Shown here: positions 22,322-34,177 of the stretch, piece after piece
Position numbering within the stretch: the stretch's first letter is position 1
Layout of the letters: each line of letters starts with the position of its first letter
Source of the DNA: an uncultured Nitrososphaeraceae archaeon
Lineage (GTDB): Archaea; Thermoproteota; Nitrososphaeria; Nitrososphaerales; Nitrososphaeraceae
Length of the DNA stretch: 64,000 nt
Assembly: GCA_963825865.1 (NCBI GenBank)
Contig: CAWGVG010000036.1
Coordinates: 96,001-160,000, forward strand
Direction: 5' to 3'
The notes under the pieces: generated by a model
Seen by the model: the letters and a program-made list of their open reading frames with translations, nothing else
Databases searched by the model: none
What the model was told of the DNA's origin: nothing
Translations under genes and position numbers: made by a program

Positions 22322-23804
22322 ATGACTCAAGAGTTGATTGTAACCCAAAAAACAAAGGGCATTAATTTTCCAAGGTGGAGGATCACTTGGCGCATATGAA
22401 GTCGGTGTCTTTCAAGCACTCTATGAAAATATAACAAGAGAAGATGAGAAAAAAGGAGAAGAAGAAAAAGGCAGGCCATTATTTGACATTGTTGCTGGTA
22501 CTTCCATAGGTGCGATAAATGCAGCCTGTCTTGGTAAGTTATGTTGCAGAAAATGGAACTTGGAAGAAGGATGACACAGAAGCTTAATGAGTTTTGGGAT
22601 TATGTGTCAACTGAGTCTTATGCAGATGTCTCCTGGATTTACCTCCTGGTGGGACTACTGGCATAATACTGGCGGTAGTATTGCGTCAGGAGAGGCTGCC
22701 AGAAGATATTATTCGGCAAAACAATTCGGACTGTCCGGTGTACCAAACGTGTTTTCGCCACTACCTCCATCTGTTGACGATAAGTTCTTAGATGCCCAAA
22801 ATATGTGGTATCGTTATGATAACTATCCGTTAAAGACAACTATTGAAAAGTTTGCAAAATTTCCTATAGCAACAAGTCATGATGAAAATAGCCAACAACC
22901 AAGACTGCTTTTAGTAAGTGTTGATTTACAAGATGGCGCAACAGTAACATTTGATAGTTATCTAAAAGAAGATAATCAAAGAAAATCTGAATATGGAAAG
23001 TATGGCACTGAAATCAGCACTAATGGAAAGAAAGGCGGATATGAACATGTAATAATCGATAATGAAGGCATAAAGGCAGACTACGTTATTGCAAGTGCGC
23101 CTGTACCAATAAACTTTAACTATACGACCATTCAGGCAGAGAAGAAAAAGAGAAATTCAGAAAACACTATGGTGGGAAACAACAACAATAAAACCAATAA
23201 CAACAATTCTAAACAAGAGCGCTACTTTTGTGATGGTGGTCTACTAAGTAATACACCATTAAGGGAAGTATTGGAAGCACATAGAAACTATTGGTTCAAA
23301 GCGAAAAAGCACGGAACAATTAATTCAAAGAATTCTGTTCCCAGATTTAGAAATATATGTAGTGGATTTACATCCAACAAAACAAGATTCTATACCTATC
23401 GATCACGATGGAGTTGTTAATAGAAATAATGACATAACATTCCATGACAGAACTACGTATGATAAGAAAGTGGCACTACTTGTAGCAGATTATATTAATT
23501 TCGCAAACGATTTAATTAAAGTTGCAAAGGATAATGGCGTTTCAGAAGGTGCTATTGATAAAGTCTTAAAGAAAGGGGCAAAGAGCAAACACCGTACAGG
23601 AGAAATTAGAATATACCAAGATTTATTGGAAGGACGATTTAACATAGACAAAATCGTACGTATAGAACGCAAAAATGATGTTGTAGCACCATTTCAAATA
23701 AAATATTTGACTTTTCAAGCGGTACAGTAAGGCAGTTGAGAGAAAATGGATATAGAGATACTATTGATAAACTAAACCTACTACTAAATGTGCATAAGAG
23801 TTAG
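22322..23804 (+). CDS. Patatin-like phospholipase, multiply frameshifted
   Basis: FQGGGSLGAY, DIVAGTSIGAINA (GxSxG) and DGGLLSNTP in successive frames. Confidence 0.8.
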
Positions 23805-23859
23805 GAGCAGTGTCAGAAAATATGCTCCCTCCATCAAAAAGATGCATTTCCACCTGAAC

Positions 23860-23945
23860 AATGGAATGCAAAAGGCCTATCTTCTACTAAGGTTTGGTCG
23901 ATATGAAGGTGCAATCGAGTGCTTTGATAAAGCTATAGAGATACC
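23860..23945 (+). pseudogene. Single TPR fragment
   Basis: GRYEGAIECFDKAIEI. Confidence 0.5.
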
Positions 23946-24134
23946 CCTTCGTATGCCAACAAAATATCCCCCTAAAGTCTACCCACATAACGTTACAATC
24001 ATTTAACCACCTGTGAGATTCTAGAAGAAAAGAAGCAAAAAATGAATTATACTGTAAGCAGAGACCACTATTTTTTGCTACCACAATTTTTCGTTATTTA
24101 GTTCCGTAACTAGTTGTTATTGTACTCGCCCATG

Positions 24135-24174
24135 ATAGGTTACACTTTCGATTACCTACATAGGTTACACTTTC
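24135..24174. repeat. 15-bp direct repeat ATAGGTTACACTTTC x2
   Basis: Copies at 24135-24149 and 24160-24174. Confidence 0.8.
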
Positions 24175-25150
24175 TTGCTTCTTCATTCTGCATACAGTCG
24201 AATTATTGAATCTTTGTATAAAAACATCTCCGATGGAGTCAGACCGTTTATTCCACCATGCTCTCTAGTTTCGTTATATGCTTTGACAAACATGTCATAT
24301 CTTAATTTTCCATCACCTATATTTGATATGTCTTCAACTGAAAGAAATTCTCTCTTTATTATCTTATCATATGCTTCTACCTTTCCAACGGAATTGGATA
24401 TGCAGTCTTGTAGAAGCGTTTGTGGTTTATTTTATTATATGTATATATTCAAGAAAAAAATTAAATGTTTTCATTTCGTTCGTGCTTCCAATAGAAGAAT
24501 CATACTCCGTCTTTCATAGTTGCTCCTGCATATTTTTCTAGCAATTTTATATACACTTCTGTCGATTATATCATAATCAGAAAATCCATTTACAAGGAGT
24601 CATCATCTCTTGTACTTTCTATAAAACTTCATGGATCTTATAAGATTAGTCATGTCTCCTGCATGTTGTAGGTTATGCAACTCAATGACGATTCCCTGTT
24701 CTGTGTTCAAATCTATTTAGAAATCAGTTGTTCTTCTTCTTTCTTCTTCTTGCCCCCCCCTCCTTCCAAATCTATCTCTTTTAGTTACATCTGAAATTAT
24801 TGCCGGTTTCATCCTTGTTCCTTTGATTGTACAGTACCTTAGAATATCCACGTTTCATTTGTTTTCTGTATCTTCCATGTGTCCTCCATATTGGTACATC
24901 TCCATATCGGGCTGGGATTACACTAAATGCATGGAGTTTTTCTCTGACTAAAAGGTGGTTGTCTTCACACTATCATATCCTTTATCAGCTGTTACTACAG
25001 ATAACGGTAGAGTTTGGGATATCTTTGTTATAATTGGTTTGAAATATCAATCAATCATCTTTAAGTTGTATCTCGTCTACATTCAAATCCGAAGCTAATT
25101 GCCTTGCTTCTCTTATCTGTTTCATAATTGCCTTCTTTCTAACTTTATAC

Positions 25151-25268
25151 ATCAAACGGTAGCAGAATAATAGCATTAGAAAATGCAATTTTAGAGTTAG
25201 CACAACGCTCTTCTTCTGGGTAAGTGTTTTCAGGTATTACGTGTAGTGTGGTGGTGTGCTGTTGTCTG
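25151..25268. repeat. About 120-bp segment duplicated in inverted orientation at 32800-32922
   Basis: Reverse complement matches cagacaacagc...tctgctaccgtttgat. Confidence 0.85.
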
Positions 25269-25351
25269 CCAAGAACATTAAAGGCTCTACAAACAGGAGT
25301 TTTTAACATAATAGTCATTTCTTCTTTATAGGATTTAATCAGTAACTAGAA

Positions 25352-25519
25352 TCATTTCTTCTTAAGGTCTTTAAGATACTGTCTCATAGATTCTACGATA
25401 AGAGCAGTTACTGTCGTTTTCATATTTATAGCCAAGTGTTTGAAATCATCAAGCAGATCGGTAGGAATTTTAATCGTAGTTTTAGTTTCATCATCTCCTA
25501 CCATTTCATCCCTTTCCAT
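25352..25519 (-). CDS. Ribbon-helix-helix protein (55 aa, not in ORF track)
   Basis: MERDEMVGDDETKTTIKIPTDLLDDFKHLAINMKTTVTALIVESMRQYLKDLKKK*. Confidence 0.75.
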   Translation of the reverse strand: MERDEMVGDDETKTTIKIPTDLLDDFKHLAINMKTTVTALIVESMRQYLKDLKKK

Positions 25520-25883
25520 ATACGATATTTATATACACACAGTTATATGTATTTATACTTTAGCATATAGATATCTTGTAGTATAGAAATAGTATTTGTA
25601 TACTCAGTTATATTTATTCCTGCTTAAACATATAACTTTCTTACCGTATAGAAGTATACACTTATATATTCTATGTCTAGCAGTATGGGTATGGACACTC
25701 GAACGTTCTCCGTAAACGTAGTAACTACGATAGCAATACCAGCTACGATGATGAAAAGTACAATGACAAAGCAAGCATTTGTATTCGAAGATCCAAAACA
25801 TTGCAACACAGATGGATGGCCCTCGACCTGTTACAACGTAGGGTATAACGACGGTCAACAAAGCTGAGGAGATGAATTAATCA

Positions 25884-26867
25884 ATGAACAACCACAATAG
25901 CAAAACTCAATTCCACAAAGTTTTGGTAATAGGGCTAGGACAGCTAGGTTTGCCTGTAGCAAAATATGTTAAGGAAAAAGGATTTGACGTGTATGGCTAT
26001 GATTTAAGTCATGAAGCCATAGAGCGTGCAGAGAGGATCGCAGCAATAAAGAAAGCTACTAATTTTAGCGACTTTGATGTTTACATTATATGCGTGTCTA
26101 CCCACAATCCTGATGACATTTACTCTCCGAAAATAGACGGGTTGTTATCAATTGCCGGAACAATCTCCAGAGAGGCAAAAGACGGAGCACTTGTTTCAAT
26201 AGAGAGCACTATTCCGCGGGGCACTTCTAAAAGAGTATTTGAAATGCTTAACCATAGAGTACATGTAGCGCATGCACCCCATAGGTGGTATTCTCTAGAA
26301 CAAGAAGAACATGGGGTAAATCAATTACGTATTGTAGGAGGAGTCTGTGATTGTTGTCTTAAGACAGCTTTGGAGTTTTATAGTGACAGAAATACTGCTG
26401 CTACTTCTACCAATAATAACACTGCCATTACCAATGCTAGCACTTCTGAGATTAGCAATGACGGTAACAATAACAATAACAATAACAAAAGCTTGGCCAT
26501 TCCTATGCATCCAGTATCTAAAGTAGAAATTGCTGAAACAACAAAAATAGTTGAAAATGCACACAGATATCTGCAAATAGCTTTCGCTGAAGATCTTTAC
26601 CTATACTGTCAAGCAAATAACATAAGCTTTCCAGAATTGCGTGATGCGCTTAATACCAAATGGAACGTTGACATTTTAGAACCAATGGAAGGAATAGGAG
26701 GACACTGCCTACCAAAAGATACTAGAATGTTTTTGCAATCATCAGTTCGAAGAAAAAGTAAGATATTAACGGCAGCTATGGAAGTAGATGAAGATTATAA
26801 AAAATATAGAGCCATGATCGAATCACAGCTTGAATGTCCTCCTCTTGTTGAGCCTAACAGCAAATAG
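25884..26867 (+). CDS. UDP-glucose/GDP-mannose dehydrogenase family protein, C-terminally short
   Basis: GLGQLG, IESTIPRGT, KIVENAHR, catalytic GGHCLPKD. Confidence 0.85.
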   Translation: MNNHNSKTQFHKVLVIGLGQLGLPVAKYVKEKGFDVYGYDLSHEAIERAERIAAIKKATNFSDFDVYIICVSTHNPDDIYSPKIDGLLSIAGTISREAKDGALVSIESTIPRGTSKRVFEMLNHRVHVAHAPHRWYSLEQEEHGVNQLRIVGGVCDCCLKTALEFYSDRNTAATSTNNNTAITNASTSEISNDGNNNNNNNKSLAIPMHPVSKVEIAETTKIVENAHRYLQIAFAEDLYLYCQANNISFPELRDALNTKWNVDILEPMEGIGGHCLPKDTRMFLQSSVRRKSKILTAAMEVDEDYKKYRAMIESQLECPPLVEPNSK

Positions 26868-27976
26868 AATGTGGGACTGAGTATAAAACATCACAATTAG
26901 CAATTGTGTTCAATTGCTATTGCTGTAACCAAAGGTCATTCTAAACTTGGAAATGGAAGGCAATTCGCATTATAAAAGACTGGTTGGCTAGGTGCAACAA
27001 GCTTGATGGGCTAAACTTTAATGCCGAATTAAAGATGAATGAAAAGGCCTTAAAGGTGCAAGCGAAAGTTATTTCTCAGTCGTCAAAGATGGATTGATGG
27101 TGGTGCAAATAATATACATGAATATGGAGAAAGGATTACTGTCAGAAGCTTACTAAAGGAATTACTTAAAGAACGTTTGAAAAATATAGAAAAAGATTCA
27201 TCGAAGACACAGACAGATGGACACAAAGTACCGTATTTTATCGTAAGACCTAACCTATTAAAAGTACTTTGTATATAATTCCGAAGATATAAGAAAAAAG
27301 CGACAGTATATTACTAGTATGGCAAATATGTGAATAGCTAGCTACAAAAAGAGAAGAATTATGTATTTTTGTAGCAGACAGAGCTCAACTGCATTGTTGC
27401 ATAACTAACCATTCTGTCGATATAATTTGACCTATTTTCATATAGCTTACATGGTATAACGTTATCGAATGATTAACTGGCATGTATACAATAAACCGCG
27501 TAATTGAAAGCTTAAATCTTTATTCTCCATTGATCTGCACATATTCGATACTGTGTTGATGTCTTACGCTTGCCTATCAAGAAGGCCGTTGTTATTCAAA
27601 TCGTTTACTGGACTGGCTGTATCAGAATTTGATGTCATTGTCAAAAAAATAGAATCAAAATATGATGACATCGTAATTACGCAATATGTCTATTCTATAC
27701 TTCACTTATCACATAACAGGTAATTCTATTATTATATCACATTTTTTCCTTTATCTTTCCTGTGGTGTTCAGCCACAGAGCTAATAAGTGAAGTTATTAT
27801 CATCTCTATTGATAAGTCCTGATTGTGGGCTGCTTATTGATAGAAAATAATAATAATAATAATAAACATATGTATTTTAGATAGCTCTTAAATTCGAGTT
27901 GATAGATCTAAAATATCCTTTTCCTTTTTTAATTAAAAAAAATAAAAAAGTGTTGGGAAGTTAAAGTTGTTGTCTG

Positions 27977-28573
27977 CTATTTCTGTATTGTTAGTCTTTC
28001 GTCTCCAGAAATCAAGCCCGCTTGTTGTAGACAATCGAATAGGGCTCTTGCGTGACCTTCAGTAATATCACCGCTTAAGACAAGTCCAATTAGTATGAGT
28101 TCGATTTGCAGATCTGATACTGTGCCGGTGTTGATTATTTTGCATACGTCTTCAATTGAGGATACCTTGAAACCCAGTTTTACGAATGCTTGAATAAAAG
28201 CTTTTTGCTCATCCAAGGTAAGCTTTGTTGTGAAACAGTCTGCGCACGGATCTTTCACTGCGCCATTATTGACTGCGCCGTTATTGACTGCGCCGTTTTC
28301 TCTTACACATGATGCATTGTCACCTGGATGTGTGCATATCACGTTTTGACATTCTTGTGCTAATGAGTTATCAAATCCGCTTTCTGTCGCGTCTTGTTTG
28401 CATGCCTGTAAGGTAACTGTGTTACCATCTCTACTATTTTCTTGTGATCCTCCTCTATTCTTCTTTTGATAAGCAAGTGCTGTTTGTGTTGTTGCTGTTG
28501 CTGCAAATGTTCCTACTACTAATGTTGCTGCCATAAAGATAGCAACTATAGCTAAAGTTTTTGTGTTGTTCAT
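27977..28573 (-). CDS. MNNT family copy 5 with Cys-containing, probably helical C-terminal domain
   Basis: Core QACKQ...SGFDN...QECQNVICTHPGDNASC, then NGAV repeats, then DPCADCF...CK...CLQQAG. Confidence 0.85.
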   Translation of the reverse strand: MNNTKTLAIVAIFMAATLVVGTFAATATTQTALAYQKKNRGGSQENSRDGNTVTLQACKQDATESGFDNSLAQECQNVICTHPGDNASCVRENGAVNNGAVNNGAVKDPCADCFTTKLTLDEQKAFIQAFVKLGFKVSSIEDVCKIINTGTVSDLQIELILIGLVLSGDITEGHARALFDCLQQAGLISGDERLTIQK

Positions 28574-28806
28574 ACGTTACCAAGCAATATGATTTCATCT
28601 ATATATTTGACTTGAGGAAGTTAATGCTGTTTTATTTAGTATGATTTAGTGCTAACTTATCTAGCATAACTATTGAGAATATCAAATGACGTGAAATTAA
28701 TCATTTATATATTGGTAGTATATATTCACTGTAATTAAATAATAATAAATAAACCCACCACTAACATCGAGCTTTCTTTTATGTTTTTAAATAAAACACA
28801 CGCTAG
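28574..28806 (-). promoter_or_regulatory. Conserved MNNT upstream block (long type, with distal extension)
   Basis: Aligns with 13681-13918. Confidence 0.8.
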
Positions 28807-28928
28807 CAGTGGACTTGATAACATGAGAACAAAAAGATGATGGAAAATAATATGCAGTAATGATAATGGTGGTAGAGGAAAACAAAAAGGCAGCAGGTTA
28901 TTATCCTCGTGTTCATCTTTTTTTGCTA

Positions 28929-29060
28929 CTATTATTGTCAGTATTAGTTTTCATACTCAATTTTTCTATATCAATCTTATAGAGGTAAAAAAAATTTGGT
29001 TAATTTAATTAACTCATATAATAATAATGAAAAGGTTGTAATTACTCCTTCTGTTACAAA
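28929..29060. repeat. About 130-bp AT-rich segment repeated directly at 35023-35181
   Basis: ctattattgtcagtattagt...ctatatcaatctta...ggttaatttaattaa...gaaaaggttgtaatta...ttctgttacaa. Confidence 0.75.
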
Positions 29061-29431
29061 GCAGTGGTGTTATATCTATTTCTCTCTCTGTCTCTTTCTC
29101 CAATCTGCAACAGCTAATCGAGAATTCTATGCGAAGGCGTTGCACTGTGCCTGCTTGGTATAACATTATTACTATACATTATTATATATCTTATATGAAA
29201 AGATTGTTATAGTTAATTGTAAGTTAAAAAAGAGTATTTGTAAGTTAAGAGGCTCTTCCGAATCTAGTACTTTTGCCTATATATACCATTGTCATCAAAA
29301 ATACTTCATAAAAAATATATTAAAACATATTAAAACATATTAAAACATGGTTATATCATCCATTATGCTAAAAAATCCTGGATTATAGCACCAAACTACT
29401 CAACTTTTCATTGGCACCTGAACCAAAACAA

Positions 29432-29896
29432 TTCAATTATAATTAACATAGTTACTTAACAATCTTTTTATTCCAGATTACACCACTAACTATTAGATGT
29501 AGATTGGCATAGATAGAATGGTGGAGCGAGGTAGTTGTGTTGTTCATAATCTACTACTATTGTTGACCTATCTTCTGTCTTGCTAGTCTACATCTTTTAG
29601 ATTTAAAGTTTTAGGAGAGGGATTATTAAGAATAAACGAATAACTATTGAATTAATCTATGATATATAATTTAATTAATTTACACTCTTGGTTGTTTTGC
29701 CATATTAATTACCTGCTTACCTTTTTTTGTAAGCTTGTTGTATCGCCTGTTTTTAATTATTCTTCTTTCTACTAATCCATCATTGTGTGCTTTAAGCAAA
29801 AGTTTGTGACCATAACCATATCCCCCAAGCATTTTTAGTAGTTCTCTGGCTGTAAGAGCAATAAGCAAAGTTATAGAAGCATACAAACGAGATAAG
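29432..29896. repeat. About 465-bp near-identical inverted duplication of 35194-35658
   Basis: Direct reverse-complement match; includes a wHTH-like ORF end and the start of the TnpB remnant. Confidence 0.92.
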
Positions 29897-30420
29897 ACGA
29901 TTAAACCAGCATTCAAACCACCTGGTTCAATACATACGACCAGAGAAATTCTAGAATAGGAATTGATACGGCGTCTATAATGACTTTGCAAGGAAGGTTG
30001 AAACTTCCTACTAGAATAGGAGGGTATCAGAAAGCAAGGTTTGATAGGGTTCGTGGCCAATGCGATTTAATATACAGAAATGGTGTTTTCTACCTGATTG
30101 TCGTAGTAGATATGCACCAGAAAAGTCAGAAGAATATGATCCTGTTGGTGCTTTAGGCGTAGACTTGGGAATTAAAAATATAGCAGTAGATAGCGATAGA
30201 CAGATATTCGAAAGTAAAAAAGTTGAGAAAGCAAGACAGCATTATAACAAACAAAGATCAATATTACAGAAGGTAGGGACTAAATCAGCAGAGAAAACTA
30301 AAGAAAATATCTGGTAAGGAAAGACGTTTTAAGAAAGATACTAACCATTTTGAATGCCTTCAATGTGGATATAAGGAAATGGCGGATTATATTGCAGCAA
30401 AGAATATTGCTCGCCTAGGT
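29852..30420 (+). mobile_element. tnpB: IS200/IS605 TnpB pseudogene, truncated and internally deleted
   Basis: VRAISKVIEAYKRDK...YDQR; RGQCDLIYRNGVFYL; RuvC-I LGVDLGIKNIAVDS; KKDTNH joined directly to FECLQCGYKEMADYIAAKNIA. Confidence 0.85.
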
Positions 30421-30494
30421 TACAATCATTATTATCGTCTTATCTTTATCTATTTCTATTTCTTCTTCTATGGCTTCTTCTTTCTGTGATAACG

Positions 30495-30809
30495 CTACAT
30501 TCTTGTGATCACATGTTGTCTCCCTTGTTGTTTTTTTTGAGAATAATCTTTCCTTGTATGCTTTGTGAATTTCAAAACTTGGGGCAACAGCTTTCTTAAC
30601 CACGACTCAGATATACCTCTGATAGTAAAAGATTCAACAATCATTTTTCTAAATTGTATATTATCTATATTCAGATCTGAAGCTAATTGTTTTATTTCTT
30701 CTATCTGTTGGATGAATGTCTTTTTTGCATCTATGTAGATATTCTGTAGTCCGTAAACTGTTGACAAGTTAAAAGAAGTTATTGGTTTAAAGATAAGAGG
30801 GTTGAACAA
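30495..30809 (-). CDS. Hypothetical protein; paralogous fragment near 25060-25130
   Basis: QIEEIKQLASDLNIDNIQ versus QIREARQLASDLNVDEIQ. Confidence 0.5.
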   Translation of the reverse strand: MFNPLIFKPITSFNLSTVYGLQNIYIDAKKTFIQQIEEIKQLASDLNIDNIQFRKMIVESFTIRGISESWLRKLLPQVLKFTKHTRKDYSQKKQQGRQHVITRM

Positions 30810-31075
30810 ATCAGGGCAATATTGACGTTAATAGCAATGTAGGAATCACAAGATAGTAAAAGAAAAACAACTAGGCAGCAATAAGAAGATATAAATTTCT
30901 AAATGTTTAGTTGCTTCTAAGTCTGCTTTTAAAACGGTAGTGATTTATCTCGGGGTGGTTGACTTAGGCTTTCAATCCCATCTTCATCAGTTTCTAACAA
31001 GACATGCGTCCCTGTTAATCTTGCTTTATTTGATTTTGCGAAAAGATATGAAAAAAGAAAAGAAAAAAAAGTTGT

Positions 31076-31098
31076 GGTAGTAGTAGTAAAGAACTACC
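31076..31098 (-). terminator. Type-A 3' hairpin plus T-tract (copy 6)
   Basis: GGTAGT...ACTACC-ACAAC-T8. Confidence 0.65.
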
Positions 31099-31129
31099 TT
31101 ACCATGTATTAAGAGCTACAGCTGTTATT

Positions 31130-31435
31130 CTAACCGCTTTCTTCTACACACGTGTCATCTGGATGAGTGCAGATAACATTTTGTGCTTCTTGTTCTAGTG
31201 AGTTATCAAATCCACTTACTGACCCTCTTTGTTTGTTTGCCTGGATGGTGACTGTGTTACCATTTTCATTTCTATTATCTCTTCCGTCTTTTCCCTTGTT
31301 ATCCTTTCTGTCTTTTCCATTGTCTTTCTTGTAGGCAAATGCTGATGGTGTAGATGTTGCTGCGAACGTTACTCCTACTACTAATGTTGCCGCTGTTAAG
31401 ACAGCAACTATTGCTAGAGTTCTTGTGTTGTTCAT
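31130..31435 (-). CDS. MNNT family copy 6, near-identical to copy 3
   Basis: 101 aa; only a few substitutions versus 14776-15081. Confidence 0.87.
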   Translation of the reverse strand: MNNTRTLAIVAVLTAATLVVGVTFAATSTPSAFAYKKDNGKDRKDNKGKDGRDNRNENGNTVTIQANKQRGSVSGFDNSLEQEAQNVICTHPDDTCVEESG

Positions 31436-31590
31436 TTAGATTTCGTCACAAGCATTACAATGTCATCTATATATTTGACTTGAGGAAGTTAATGCTGTTT
31501 GTTATTACTGACTTGTCTAGCATAGCTATTGAGGATATCAAATGACGTGAAATTACTCATTTATCTATCATCAGTTATATTCTATAATTA
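31436..31590 (-). promoter_or_regulatory. Conserved MNNT upstream block (short type)
   Basis: Block ends at tataatta, next to the transposase region. Confidence 0.8.
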
Positions 31591-31717
31591 TTTGAGGCTT
31601 GGACATAATTCCAGATTCGTATTTTTGGCAATGTCTATTGATGAATTAGGATAAAGCTATCCTTTGAGTGTTTGAATTTGTGATGAAACATAATCAAACA
31701 TTCCCAAAGGATAGTAT

Positions 31718-32759
31718 ATGGTAGTAGTAAATGTGAATCTATCCTTTTTAGTATTCTGTATTTGATAGGATTGATACCATGGTCAGAATCACAAAAAAAG
31801 ATGAAAAGAAGGAGAAGAAGGGGCAGACCGTATGTCTATTCACCTAGCATAATTCTGAGATGTTTCATAGTAAGACTATGGTTTAGATTGGATTCTAACA
31901 ATGCATTACATAAATTCCTAGAATTGGATTATCCTTACAATAAGAAGATAATGAAAAGGTGTGGTCTGAGCCAAATACCATATAGACGAACATTTGACAG
32001 ACGACTTAAGACCATATCCATAGACATCAAGGAAAGGATTTCTGTCATGACCTGCCTGTTTGTATGCGAAAAGATGATAGATCCATACATTGTTGCAATA
32101 GATAGCACCTTACTCAAGGCCAAAGGATCTGTCTGGCACAAATCATCTATGGAGAATGGAATAGTACCACGTTCTGGCATAGATATACTGATGCAAGGTG
32201 GGGATTCAGTCATACTAAAGGATGGATATTTGGTTACAAACTACATATGATATCAAGTACTGGTTTGACTATATTACCATTAGCAGCTGATTTTACAACT
32301 GGCAACATACAGGATAACCAGATGTACAATCCAATGACATCATCATCAATGACTACAACTACTACTATACCAGAAGAAAAAATATGTTACATGATAGGCG
32401 ATTCTGGTTATGACGATCAAAAACTATATGATCTTAGCATAAACAGAGGATTTGAACTGATATGTCCAGTACAGAGGTATGAACATACTCCTGCTGACAG
32501 ACTGGAGTTAATCCAATTCTATGAATCTGAGTTAGGACAGGCTATATACTCTTGGAGAAGTAAATCAATAGAACCACTAATAGAGCATATTAAATCTGTT
32601 TTTAGAATAGACCCATTACCGGTAAGAGGCTATCAGATGGCTGCTGGAACAGGACTTCTGTCAGTACTACTGTATCAAATCATCGTTTATTACAATTATA
32701 AAACCAATCCTTATCTAATCTCTGCTGCAGTTCAACAACAACAGTTCTCCAAGCAGTAA
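31718..32759 (+). mobile_element. DDE transposase (DDE_Tnp_1-like), frameshifted
   Basis: RGRPYVYS, PYRRTFDRRL, VAIDSTLL, FGYKLH (shifted frame), IGDSGYD, RSKSIEPLIEHIK. Confidence 0.85.
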
Positions 32760-32799
32760 AAACTACTTCTTTTTGATTTGAGTTTTTACAGAATATTTT

Positions 32800-32922
32800 C
32801 AGACAACAGCGCACCACCACACTGCACGTAATACTTGAAAACACTCACTCAGAAGAAGAAGAAGAACGTTGTTCTAACTCTAAAATTGCATTTTCTATGC
32901 TATTATTCTGCTACCGTTTGAT
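32800..32922. repeat. Inverted partner of 25151-25268
   Basis: Reverse-complement match. Confidence 0.85.
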
Positions 32923-33299
32923 CAATGCTTTGATTCCTTATTAAAAATGAAAATGTTAAAGAAATTTAGAAAAATAACTTTAAAAAGAATCATTATCAGT
33001 TGCATAGTCCGTTTGTTAGTATAGTATAATACAATAGGAATATCACGTTTATGTGTGTCATATTTGTTAGTATAAGTGGCCCTTCCCTTACATACTTACA
33101 TTGACGTCCGCTTCACGTTTGTAAGCATAGTCCAAAAGAGTAGATGCAGTCACCAGAAACTAAATACTGGTTTACCAAGCTAAAAGCATAGCGAACAAAA
33201 TCATTAAACCATTCTACGCATTTTTGTTAGGCAGTATAGATGATATATTATTATGCAGATCTGTAAAAAGTCACGTAACCACACATACACTGACAAAAA

Positions 33300-34016
33300 A
33301 ATAAAGAGGAGGTTTTTTTCGTTCTAGTATCTATCTGATCTATGTGGCCGGACTCTCTTTTATACAGACTGTACCATGTGGACCTATTGGGTTGCCTGGA
33401 TCTCCAGATTCTACCAGAGCAAGCACGAACCCACTATTACCCTCTGAATTATTACATGGATTCTGATTTGGCTGTGCTACTACTACTCTAAAGGTATTAC
33501 CAGGAGTGCCTTGAGGATGTTGTTGGCAAAGTTGCTGTTTGGTCTCCGAGTTTCTTAGGCAGACATAATATCGTACCTGCAGGTATTGGCTCGTTGGCCA
33601 CCTTGGGCTGGGACCGTGTCATTGAGTTTCTACGTTATTGAGCAGTGCCATGCTGGACATCCTATTTCACTTGGTGGTGTTACTGGTGTTACTGGTGTTA
33701 CTGCTCTGCTTCGTTTTCAGTTACACATGTTGCATTGTTGCCTGGATGTGGTACATATCACGTTTTGACATTCTTGTTCTGCTGTGTTATCAAATCCACT
33801 TACTGAACCTAGTTGTTTGCATTTTTGGATGGTATCTGTGTTACCATTTTTACTATTTCCGTTATCTCGTGTTCCTTTCTTGTAAGTATCTTGTCCTCCT
33901 TTTTTCTTCTGATAAGCAAGTGCTGATTGTGTTGTTGTTGCTGCAAATGTTCCTGCTACTACTAATGTTGCTGCTATAAACATAGCAGCTATTGCTAGAG
34001 TTTTTGTGTTGTTCAT
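33300..34016 (-). CDS. MNNT family copy 7 with long Pro/Gly/Cys-rich tail, frameshifted
   Basis: Core QKCKQ...QECQNVICT; shifted frames give HPGNNATC, VTPVTPVTPP, PIPAGTILCLPK, NPCNN, GDPGNPIGPHGTVCIK; 3' end approximate. Confidence 0.7.
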
Positions 34017-34177
34017 ATAGTTTCGTTACCAAACATTATGATGTCGTCTATATATTTGACTTGTCGAACTTAATGCTGATTTATTTAGTATAATTTAGTG
34101 CTAACTTATCTAGCATAATTATTGAGAATATCAAATGACGTTAAATTACTCATTTATCTATTGATAGTGGATATTCA
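34017..34177 (-). promoter_or_regulatory. Conserved MNNT upstream block (long type)
   Basis: Near-identical to 34683-34852. Confidence 0.8.

Noticed and set aside
21964-23945. Patatin plus TPR as a CBASS-like defence system
   Set aside because: No cyclase or other defence gene is visible.
19965-31008. 18-bp match TTTCTAACAAGACATGCG at 19965 and 30991 as att sites
   Set aside because: No integrase or tRNA nearby, and similarity trails on weakly, which fits an old duplication better.
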